From the NCBI GenBank assembly GCA_002269645.1, contig NIVC01000292.1, positions 434,001-498,000 on the forward strand: 64,000 bases of DNA, given 5' to 3'. Both the position numbers and the translations under genes were made by a program. Positions 53,548 through 64,000 of this stretch are shown piece by piece (the stretch's first letter is position 1; every line of letters begins with the position of its first letter). The notes beneath the pieces were generated by a model. It was not told the DNA's origin and did no database searches. It saw nothing but the letters and a program-made list of their open reading frames with translations. The DNA comes from Macrostomum lignano. Its lineage: Eukaryota.

Positions 53548-54020
53548 CGGGGTGTTGAGGTTTTTACTGTATTTACAATTAGATAAACAGATTACTTTTT
53601 TTAATAACTTATCCCTACTTATCACAACGCGTAATCCATGCTGCGTAAAGAATTTCCGTAATAAACTGACATACTATGAGAAGCGCTTGACTGGCGACCG
53701 GCTTCAGTGTTGTCTTCATTTATGCCAGCTGAAGATGGTTGAATGCGTAAAGTATATTAAGCTGTGGCTGTAGAAATTGTTGATGACCTGGAGATCGGCG
53801 CCTTCCCATGGATGCTGCGAGCTGTCATCGTGTCTCTCAAGCTATTCGTCGCACGTCGTTTCATGATCAAGGATGGCTATACTGTTGTGGTCAGCCATAT
53901 GAGTGACCGCGGTCACTGCTGCTTCCTACAGTGATTGTTGTATATGGTCTACAGTGATTGCTGCATTGCAAACATAAAACAATAGGTACTAATGAAAACA
54001 GACGAAAACAAAAACCATAC

Positions 54021-57000
54021 TGTGAAAACCACTTCGGGGGTAAGACCCCCCCCCCAAAGGCAGAGAGCTTGTATTTAATATAGCTGGCCAACAATAAAGG
54101 TTGTCTGACAAAGCGTCAGCCAATCACACGCGCGCGTGCAGGTGTACACCTGCACTGTACATTACACTGAGCGGAGCAACTGAGCAGACCCACGCTACCA
54201 CATCCCTCCCCATCTACATGGGGATCAGGGATCGCAAGAGAATACATTAGAGCAACACATTTTAGTGAGGAACAATAACTCAATAAATAACTTAATAATA
54301 AATAATAATTAACCAGCACCAAAACTACGCAACGCAAGATAGAAAAGCAACGACACAAACAGAATAAAGGAAAATAACCCATAACCATAACAAAGTTCAA
54401 AATCCAAAATTAAACGTCCGAACACTACAGTCAATCAAACAGTCTCTTCCACAGATGACGTCACCCATAGCTCAGGCGCTCCGGGGGACGTCGAACTCGC
54501 GAAGATCGGCGCAGAGACCCGTCGATCTCAGGGTCTCCAGGAGCAGCCAGGTTTGGCCGCACCACTCGGTCGTCGCCATCGAAGCCGCACAGGTAGGAGG
54601 TCGGATCGGCGGCACTGACAACACGCGCCGGCTTCCACCGACCTCCGTTGGCTCCAAAGTCTCTGGCCAGTACAGCGTCTCCAGTCTCGAAGGTCCGGAA
54701 CCGAGCTTTGCAGTCGTGGTGCTCTTTTTGCTGACTTTGCTTACGCTGTACTCTTGCTCCCAGGTCTGGCCGAGCTCGATGCACAGTCGCCGTCCCATCA
54801 GGAGTTCGCAGGGAGCCACACCAGTCGTCGCATGCGGAGTGACCCGATAGCTCAGCAGGAACCGGGCGACCTTATCCTCCAAGGAGCCTTCGCGCTGCTT
54901 CTCCAGGGACCGCTTCAGCGTCTGGACAGTTCGTTCCGCCAGGCCGTTGGACGCCGGATGGTAGGGAGCAATGTGCACGTGCTGAGTGCCGTTCTTCCGC
55001 AGAAAGTCGGACATCTCCTCGCTGACCAAGTTGGGCCCATTGTCCGACACCAGCACATCTGGCAACCCGTGCGTCGCGAAGCTGGAGCGGAGTTTCTGGA
55101 TGGTGACAGCTGAGGTCGCTGACGTCACCACATGCACATCCAGCCACTTTGAATGCGCATCGACGACAACCAGCAGCATCTTGCCAGACACCGGACCCGC
55201 ATAGTCGATATGCACTCGAGACCACGGTCGGTCAGGCCACGGCCACGACAACATTGGCGAAGGCGCCGGGGCGTTCTGCAACTCCTGACAGTCAGAGCAG
55301 GCCTTGACCAGATTTTCAATCTCCGATTCTAATCCTGGCCACTAGAAATAACCTCGGGCTAACGTCTTCATGCGAGACGCCCCCGCATGACCTTGATGCA
55401 GCACCTAGAGCAGTGCAGCTCGCGCTCCGACCGGGACCACCACTCGAGCGCCCCACAGGAGACAGCCGTCTTGCGCACTGAGCTCAGCCGCTCTCTTGGA
55501 GTATGGCAGCAGATCGTCACTGACCCGCTCTGACCAGCCGATTTGCGTGAAGTGCAGAGCTCGGGCAAGTGTAGGGTCCCTTCGAGTCAGGCCGCGTATC
55601 TGAGCTGCCGTGACAGGTCCATCATCCAGGTGGTCCATCAGCATGATCAGCTCTGCCAGCTTCGGGACCGTTGCCGGCTTGTCGGGCAGCGGCAGGCGAC
55701 TCAGGGCATCGGCGCACAGCAGTGAGGCTCCGGCTCGGTGAACCATGCCGTAGTTATAGCCAGACAGCAGCAGAGCCCACCTCTGAATTCTTCCAGATGC
55801 CAGGGCCGGCACGGCCTTGTTCTCAGCAAGCAATCCAAGCAGAGGTTTGTGGTCACTCACCAGCAGAAATGGGCGGCCGAACAGGTACGCGTTGAACTTC
55901 TTGACCGCAAACACTACCGCGAGGGCTTCCTTCTCGAGCTGCGAGTAGTTTTTCTCAGCGTCGTGCAACGTACGCGAGGCAAAGGCCACAGGCCGGACAG
56001 CTCCATCGATCCTGTGGCTGATGAGCGCGCCCAGACCGTAGGGGGACGCGTCGCACTCGAGCAGCAGGTCTTCGCTCGGGTCAAAGTGCGCCAATACCGG
56101 AGCCGAGGACAGCAGTGTCTTGCACTTCTCGAAAGCGGCGTTCTGAGCAGCGCCCCAGTTCCAGCGGTGTTGCTCGCGCAGCAGCAGGTGCAGCGTTGCC
56201 AGGACTTGAGACAATTTAGGCAGGAACTTGCCATAGTAGTTCACCATGCCTAGGAAACTGCGCAGCTGAGTTGCGTCCTTGGGAGCTGGAGCGCTGACAA
56301 TTGCCTCGACCTTGTCTTTGATCGGGTGCAGGCCGTCGGCATCGATGCGGTGACCGAGATAACTGACGCTCGTCTGCATGAACTGGCACTTCTCCAGCTT
56401 GCACCGGAGGCCGCTCTGGCTCAGCTTCTCCAAAACCTGCTCCAGAGAGTTCAGATGACTGCTGTCGTCCTTCCCGGTGATGATGAGGTCATCGATGAAG
56501 CAGGCGGTGCTGGTGATTCCTTACAGCAAGCAGTCCATCCGGCGCTGAAAAAGTCCGACCGCTGGCGAGACACCGAAAGGCAGCCGCGTATACTGGGAGG
56601 CCTCATCGAGTGGCAGCTGCATGTACGCCTGCGACAAGTCGAGCTTATTGAAGAGCCGCCCACCAGCCAGCTTCGCGAACAGCTCTTCGATCCGCGGCAG
56701 AGGATACGAGTCGGGCTCCACGTTCGGGTTGACGGTCTGCTTGAAGTCGTCGCAGACCCTCACAGAGCCGTCGGACTTGAGCACTGGCACCACCGGCGAT
56801 GCGTACTCGGAGTGCTGCACGGGCACCAGGATTCCTTGTTCGATCTTGCGGTTCAGTTGGCTCTCCACCTTGTCCTTCAAAGCGAAAGGGAGATTCCTGG
56901 CCTTCATAAAGCGGGTTGAGCATCATGTTTCATATTCAAACTCACTGGTGGTCCGTTGTACTTTCCTAGCTCAGGCGAAAAAACATCGCTGTACTTGTCG

Positions 57001-58359
57001 AGCAGCTGTTGCAGTCTGGGCGACACCTCAGGAGCAGCTGCCACCTGCTTGATTGATCTCCAGTCGAGCCGCAACTCGGACAGCCAGTCTCTTCCGAGCA
57101 GGTCGGATCCGCAGCCGGCAACCACAAGGAGGCTGAGTGGCTTGGGCGGTGCTTCAGCAGCTTCCACAGCAACGCAGATGCAGCCTTCAATTGGCACTTT
57201 CTTACCGGAGTATGTTCGCAGCTGCATGGACGCAGGCTGCAGTGCTGGCTGGGAGTTGAGCACGGTCCTGTAGGTCTTCGAGGATACCAGGGACACGGAG
57301 GCTCCGGTGTCCACTTCCATGACAACAGGTCGGCCATTGATGCGCACCGTCGTTGTAATTGGTGGCACCTTCGACACCCGCTTGCCGGACAGCTGGTACA
57401 GAGAGTCGGCCGTTTCCTCCTCGCAGCTGTCTTTTTCCTCACCGTCCTGCATCTGCAGAGCCTCTCTTCTATCGTCCTTCGACTGGGATTTGCAGGCAGC
57501 CGCAGTGTGGCCGGTCTTTGAGCACTTGTAACACTTTTGGGTGGCGAACGGGCACTTATTAGCGAGATGCTTCGTTGACAGGCACCTGAAGCACCTCCTT
57601 GTCGAAGATGACTTCTGCTGTTGCTTGACAATGCTGACGGACTCCTGACTGACTGGATCTGGCTTACTCGCTCCCGACACCAGCTGGCAGCCCTTGGCAG
57701 CGGACTCGTGGGCCAGGGCCAGATTCAATGCCTTCGCTAGAGTGAGATCGGGCTCCGCCAGCAGCCGCCGCTGAGCGCTGTAGTTGTTGATTCCCAGCAC
57801 CAGCCTGTCGCGAAGTATCGAAGTCAGGCTGTCGCCGAACTTGCAGTCGCGAGCCAGGTCTCGGAGGTTTGCGACGAAGTCAGCGACGCCCTCATCTTCC
57901 CTGCGATTTCTGGTGTAGAACCGGTAACGATGGACGATCTCGGACTCCTCAGGCTCGAAACGGCTCTTCAATGCTTCGCAAATTTCGGTGTAGCTCTTGG
58001 CTGATGGCTGTGCAGGAGACAGAAGACTGAAGGCCAGATGGAAGACTTTCTTGCCGCATGAACTCAGCAGAATCGCTCGCTTTTTCGCTTCCTCAGTGAC
58101 GTCATTGGCAACAAAATATTGTTCTAACCTTGCTTGGTACATATGCCACGGCTCAGAGCCTTCTTCGTATGGGCCGACAAGCCCTAGTGCACTTGCACTA
58201 CTCATTTGTGCCTACTCAGTCTCGTCGCCACTGTGAAAACTCCACTTCGGGGGTAAGACCCCCCCAAAGGCAGAGAGCTTGTATTTAATATAGCTGGCCA
58301 ACAATAAAGGTTGTCTGACAAAGCGTCAGCCAATCACACGCGCGCGTGCAGGTGTACAC
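54021..58359 (-). mobile_element. Ty3/gypsy (Mag-like) LTR retrotransposon, inactivated; 3' LTR 54021-54202, truncated 5' LTR 58232-58359
   Basis: The 3' LTR has TGTG...CACA ends. PPT GATGGGGAGGGA abuts the 3' LTR; PBS TGGCGACGAG (58230-58221) is complementary to a tRNA-Ser 3' end. Gag YQARLEQYFVAN...KKRAILLS with two CCHC knuckles; protease VDTGAS; RT (FIDD); RNase H CDASPYG; integrase HHCC plus IDYAG/SDNG/LAER. Lesions: -1 at about 56912; stops at 56521, 55405 and 55343; an RT deletion before TRLPFG. Confidence 0.93.
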
Positions 58360-58972
58360 GTTCTAATTTTCTGAGCGAAAAGCTTTATAAATATTGATAG
58401 AGCAATAAGAAAGGCACAACATATCAAAAGATGAACACTGGATCTGCCTCCTATCAAAAGCAAAATTTTTTTTCGAAAAAAACTGCCTTTAAACATTTTC
58501 GAAGAAACGAGGTTGCCCGTCCCTCTACTTAAGTCGTCCTTGTTCTGGGATATCAGTTGTGGGGCAGTGTACATCTGCCTCCCTCTTTCTCTCCCTTGCT
58601 CACTTGGTCCGGCGCTATCACTGCCCCGTACAAGTACGTACAGCCAACCACTCACTCACTTCAATAATTGATTTATTACGCAATAGTCATAGCCAACTAT
58701 ATAACTCGGCCCTGCTAAGTTCAAGCGGCCCTTTGAGTTATTTTTCATGCCTGCCTAGCACCATATCGCGGCACTGCCTTTTCTACATAAGTCTTTGGTC
58801 GAATTCTCAAAATTAGCTGCTCCAAAGACGCCTTTATGGCCAGAGACAATGAAAAGCCAGTCTTTAATATCTTGCTTCTCACTTCCCACCCTAAGAATTG
58901 TTCATTGGCTCAATTAGCCTGGAAAACGCTATCTAAAGTCTGCCGTTGAAGAAACGCACGACGGTTTTCTGA

Positions 58973-61900
58973 ATGTCGGTTGTTCAAAACAAGAAGCAAC
59001 CGCCATCGACTGCATCCAAGCCAGACCAGACTCAGGCTAGTCATGGATGTTTCGAGCAGTTCCAGCAGTTACTTCTGCTGCTGCTCAAGCTCAAGGCGTG
59101 GCGCCTCGCGGCAATTTGTGTGCCCATCGCGTTAGCGGCATCAGCTTTGTTCGTCCTGCCCATAGTAGCCAAGACATTGCAGCGTGATGGCTTGGGCACT
59201 AGCAGAAATGGCAGCGACCATCTCCTGTTCTACGGCGCCTCCGACTTGGCGGCATCGAAGGCCAAGGTTCTGGTCGACCGCTCCAGCTTCCCCGCTGAGG
59301 CAGCTGCCGCTACAAGCATCGTGAAGAACGAAGGCGGAAATTCCAATTGGATCGAGGAGTGCGCGTCAGAGACCGACTGCAGAGAGCGGCTCATGTTTGA
59401 TGAGAATGATGACGCAATCGTTGCGCTGATCCGCTACTCGAAAACACCTGACAAGTCGCGAAGTGTATTGGAATGCCCCAAACTCAAAGGACCCAAGGTC
59501 GAAATCAGATGCGCTTTTCTGTATAAAGTGATGGTTCTGTCAATGCAGAAAACGCTGGGCGCCGAGACTTTTAAAGAGATGCAAATCTACGAGCTGTTTG
59601 ACAAGCGCTCTAACAAGAGCGGCAAGGTCGAGCGCTACGACAATAAAAATACGAAATCCTTGCCAAACTCGGCTTGCGCGGACTGGATCAAAACGGGCCT
59701 CTATGAGCAAATAGCGTCACTAAGCGTACCCGTCTCAGTCAGCCTGTCAGCGATCGGAGTGAACTTCTACCTGCTCGTCTCCACTGTATCCTGCATCCGC
59801 ATGATCAAGACCGATGGCTTCCTGCAGCAGCTGTTTCGCAGCGGCCTGTCCGTGTCTGCCTATTGGCTGGTAATTTGGCTCGTCACTGCGCTCGAGTGCC
59901 TCTTTTTCGCGGGCGTTTTCACAGCATCGAACGCGCTGGGGTGTTTGGGAGTTTTTCCAGCCTCAGCCATGGCTCGAGTCTTCATCTTATTCACACTGTT
60001 TTGCCTCAACCTGGCTGCCTTCATGCTGCTGCTGGAGCTGCTGCTGCCACCTCTGATGCTCGTGTCCATAGTGACCATCGTGATGAGCATTGGCTTGCTC
60101 ATCGCCAATCTGAGCAACGCTCTACTTCACGAGAGTGCGAAGTTTTTATTGCATGTTTTTTCGCCACTGTTCGCCACCGAGTACATCATCAAGCTGTTCA
60201 ACTCTGAGGTGAGGCGACAGTTCTCAGTAGCTGAGCTGAAGCATGAAGACGACTCTGAGCGACTCTCCCAGATTCTGACCTGGACAGCGATTGGGCTGCT
60301 GCTGTTTGCTCTGCTGCTGACTTATCTGGACTTCATGCTGAGCAGCGGCAATGGTCTTTGTCTATCACCGCACTACCCGTTCATGCCCGACTTCTGGTGC
60401 CCGAAAGGCCACAAGGACCGCAGCGACTCCGCTCCGAGCGAAGGCCCAGAAGAGAAACTCGAGTCCCACATTGAGCCGGTGATGGAACTGCCGCCCATCA
60501 TTGCCGTCAAAGCCATCACAAAGACTTACAGAAACTGCTGCCTGTGCTGTCAGGACGCGACTGCTGTGCTAAAGAATTTATCATGTGAGTCTCATGCTAG
60601 CTGATCATTTCATCTTGATCACTGTATAAGCCCTTGTTTTGAGTCAGATAGTCTCAAGGTAAAGCACAATGTAAAGCACACTAGCGAGGAGGGATCCTGC
60701 AATTTTAATATCATTGTAGAACAGTTACGATTTCTTGTTGGCAAATAATAACCGAATAACCGCACTGTTTGCGGTTTAATGCTGCCAAAAAGCAAATTGA
60801 CCCATACCCAACGCATCGTCTTAGTACTCACCTGCTAGGCCTCAAAAGCTTCGAAATAAGTGAATAGGTCACGCAATTATTAGTATATTTGTAAGCGTGC
60901 ACCTTTTGGAGTTGACGTTTACGGTGGTTATTGACCGTTGCTTTGTCCACTTGTACTCCTTGTGTACTCTCTCTCTCTCTGTCGCCCCCTCCCTCTCCCT
61001 CTCTCTGCCCCGTGAGCACCCCCTCCCCCGATCTAAGGCCGTCTCGCGTTGATTTAGCGAGAATATCCGCAGCGTTTGCAATTCTGAATAAAGACAGTAC
61101 ATCTTTTTCTCTGCACAAAATTAACTGATACAGTTCTTGACAGGCCGCTGTTTTTTCACCACCAAATGCAGGCACGATTTACCGAGGCCAGATCACGGCT
61201 CTCATCGGACACAACGGCGCTGGCAAGTCGACGCTCATCAAGATCCTCACAGGCGAGGAGCTGCCAGACGAGGGAACGGCCCACATCGGCGGCTGTCTGG
61301 TGACGAACCCGCTGCTCCGTCTGTCGCTCAGAGGTCGGATCAGCACCTGTCCGCAGTTCGATGTCCTCTGCGACTCGCTCACCGTGATGGAGTGCATCCG
61401 AGTCACGCTGGTCAGCAGGGCGGCCAGCGACACCAGCCAGCTGGAGAGAGCTCGCGGAATGTTGCAGAGACTCGGTCTGGGAGACAAGGAGGATGTGCTG
61501 TCTTGCGACCTGAGCGGCGGCCAGAAGAGGAAGGTGAGCACGATCCTGACTCTGCTGGGCGACCCGGACGTTGTGTTTCTCGACGAACCAACGAGCGGAC
61601 TGGACCCGGTGTCTAGGCGGCAGCTGTGGCAGCTGCTGCAGGAGGAGAAGAGCGCCCGCTCCATCATCCTGTGCACGCAGTTCATGGACGAGGCGGACAT
61701 CCTGGCGGACCGCAAGATCTTCCTGTGCGGCGGCAAGATCGTGTGCGCTGGGTCTTCGATGTTTCTGAAGCGAGCGTTCGGCTGCAGCTTCACGCTGAAT
61801 GTGTCGCTGAAGTCCCAGTCAGACGCGGAGTCGCTGCTGGCCAAGCTGAAGCAGGTCCGATTAAAGAGCCGGGAGGAGACCGAGCTGCAGCTGGAGGTTC

Positions 61901-64000
61901 CCGCATTGAACTCGTCTGTTTTGACCGAGGCAGTTCAGGTTTTGGAGACCAGCAAAGAAGTCGAGACATTCGGTCTGTCTCAGGCTTCTCTCGATGACAT
62001 TTTCATGAGGCTGGGCGGGATGGACTCCGACGAAGTCATCAAGGCATTTCGAGCGGGCACTTTGAAACTTCCTCAGCCTTCTGAATCAACCAATGTGGCA
62101 GTGGCTACAGCTGAGACAAAAAAGAGTTTGGATGAAGGGTTAAAGAGTGCAAAACAATTGAGAACGTCCATATTCGTTCAGTTTGGCGCACTGTTGTCTA
62201 CTAACCTCAAGCGGCAAGTGCGGGTCCGGTCAAACCTGGTGAGCAGATTTCTGGTGCCTGCCGCCCTGCTTGCGCTAATGGCTGCTAGTGCCTTGATATT
62301 AAAAGAAACCAAGGAGAAAAGAACGACCGACCCAAAGGACCATCAGATGGACATTCTGATCCGTCCAGCAGCGCCTCGGATGGACAGTAATGGCTTAAAG
62401 GAAATTCCGATCGCATGCGTCTCTGATGGAAAGGCGAACTCGATTTCCAAGAAGGACTGCAAAAGTCTAGTTATTCCAGACGAAAGCAAGGCCAAGGCTC
62501 CGCCACCAATTGTGATAACAAAGTCCCCGTCCCAAAGCATAAAAGACTTCATGTCTCAGAGGTCAACCAGAGATCAACTTTATAACCATCTGAAAGACAT
62601 GAAGACATGGCGAATCCCGGCATGTGCTGTGTTCTACGCTTCACCCTGGCTCAAGAATGCGTCAAACAAAGACCGGTCGGTCAGCATCGGGGTTTTCTAC
62701 AGTGACGATCAATCAACAGTGCACGTTCACAGAAGAGCGCTGATCGAACTGTTGGCATATTTTGGAATGGCCGGATCCAAAAACACCACCGCTGTTGCTT
62801 TCCTTGAGCTGGCCAGCACGACTGTAGTTAAAACTGGGCTGCAACTGCCAGTGTTTTACCTCGTGTTCTCAATGCTGTCAGTGTCATATCTGAGCGATCC
62901 GATCGAAGACATGAGCAGCCGAGTGCGCAGTTACCTGATAGCAACTGGCATGACCCACCTGGCCTACTGGGTCAACACATTCGTGATGCACTGGGTTCAG
63001 TACGCCATTTGCTACGTGATTGCTGTGGGGCTGTTAATGATTTGTGATACGTTCAGAGGGACATATCTTGTTTTGGCTGCGTTCTTGCCAGTCTTTCTAC
63101 TCGGAACCGTGTCCAACCTGCTGACAATCTACACCATCGCTGTTCTCACAAGGACAAAAAACACCCTGGTCTCCACAGGCTGCATCCTGGCCGCCGTGTT
63201 TTTACCTGTCGCTATGATGCTAATTAACAGTTACTCCGTCATCATGAAAGTGCTAATCTGGACAGTTCCTCCAGCGGCTCCCCTTGGTCTGGTGTTCAGC
63301 TGCGCCAAATTATATTTCTTTAAGCTTGCCTACTATCAAAACAAAGACGGCTCTGAGCTGCCTGGCATGATTGACAGTCTGTGGACGAATTCCGGCATCT
63401 TTCACTCTCTCATAGCGATGCCGGTGCACATCATTATCTTGCTGGGCATCATTTTTGCCGTGGAAGAAAGCGCCGCAATCAAAGAGGCCGTGTGCCACCG
63501 CGGAGCCCAGACCAAGCCTGACAAGCTCGATAGCGACATGGAAGACGGCGCAAAGAAAGAAGCAGAGCGGGTGTTGGCGGCTCCCAAGAGCTCCAAGAAC
63601 GTGCTGGAGGTTCGACAGCTGCAAAAGATTTATCCGAACGGAGTCCACGCTGTGCGAGGCGTCACCTTCGGAGCGATGGCCGGCGAGATCTTTGGTCTGC
63701 TGGGCGCGAACGGAGCCGGCAAGTCCACCTCCATGTCGGTGATTGTCGGCGAGGAGGCCGCGACGGAGGGCGCCTGCGAGGTCCACGTGCAGGATGGTGC
63801 CTGGTTGTCCGGTCGGGAAGGAGCCACAGTCGGCGCCATCGGCTACTGCCCGCAGCACAACCCGCTGTTCAACAGCATCACCGTGGCCGAGCACATCCGC
63901 TTCTACGCGGACATCCGCGGCCTGGACTCGATCGAGGCGGAACAACAGACGACCCGGCTGATGCAGAGCCTCGGCCTGTCGCAGCACAGCGACAAGCAGG
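58973..64000 (+). CDS. ABCA-family transporter copy D (ABCA5/6-like), runs off the window; exons 58973-60584 and 61172->64000
   Basis: Exon 1 (1612 nt, phase 1) splices CAT|GT to CAG|GCACGATTTAC. Exon 2 reads open through NBD1, ECD2/TMD2 and into NBD2 with no stop seen. It is absent from the ORF track, probably because no stop falls in the window. Confidence 0.88.

Noticed and set aside
56904-56919. Programmed ribosomal frameshift in the gypsy element
   Set aside because: The shift lies after the protease, at a missing C in CCC(C)GC that breaks the conserved QPRFMKAR, with no slippery heptamer. It is a mutation or a sequencing error.
33312-63987. Antisense ORFs over the NBD regions (e.g. 33312-33812, 38559-39236, 50742-51608, 63310-63987)
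   Set aside because: Shadow ORFs from GC-rich codon usage; they recur only because the NBDs are homogenised.

Overview
Eukaryotic (invertebrate animal) genomic DNA. The GT-AG introns, GC-rich exons, CT microsatellites and BEL/Pao, Mag-gypsy and CORE-SINE relics resemble a free-living flatworm such as Macrostomum, but the species is an unverified inference. In order, the window holds: (1) the 3' end of a TCF20/RAI1-like ePHD gene (1-875); (2) a two-exon gene for a secreted PAN/Apple plus LamG-like protein (-, 2218-3337); (3) a piggyBac element whose TTAA-flanked ends lie at 4623 and 28768, with an intact 587-aa transposase ORF, into whose 3' region a 21,758-bp head-to-tail array of non-autonomous Helitron-like elements has inserted at an A|T site (4938-26695: six copies of one family plus one copy of a second); (4) a cluster of four intron-poor ABCA5/6-like transporter genes: A (+, pseudogene with NBD1 replaced), B (-, pseudogene), C (+, intact, 1694 aa) and D (+, open to the window end). 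BEL/Pao, THAP, Helitron, CORE-SINE, RTE and Mag-gypsy relics are interspersed, together with a decayed paralog of the LamG gene. The main leads are the piggyBac/Helitron-concatemer composite, an apparently duplicated head-to-head LamG-ABCA module with reciprocal gene loss, and constant/variable mosaicism with a shared NBD1 His-to-Gln change across the ABCA copies. All alignments were done by eye.
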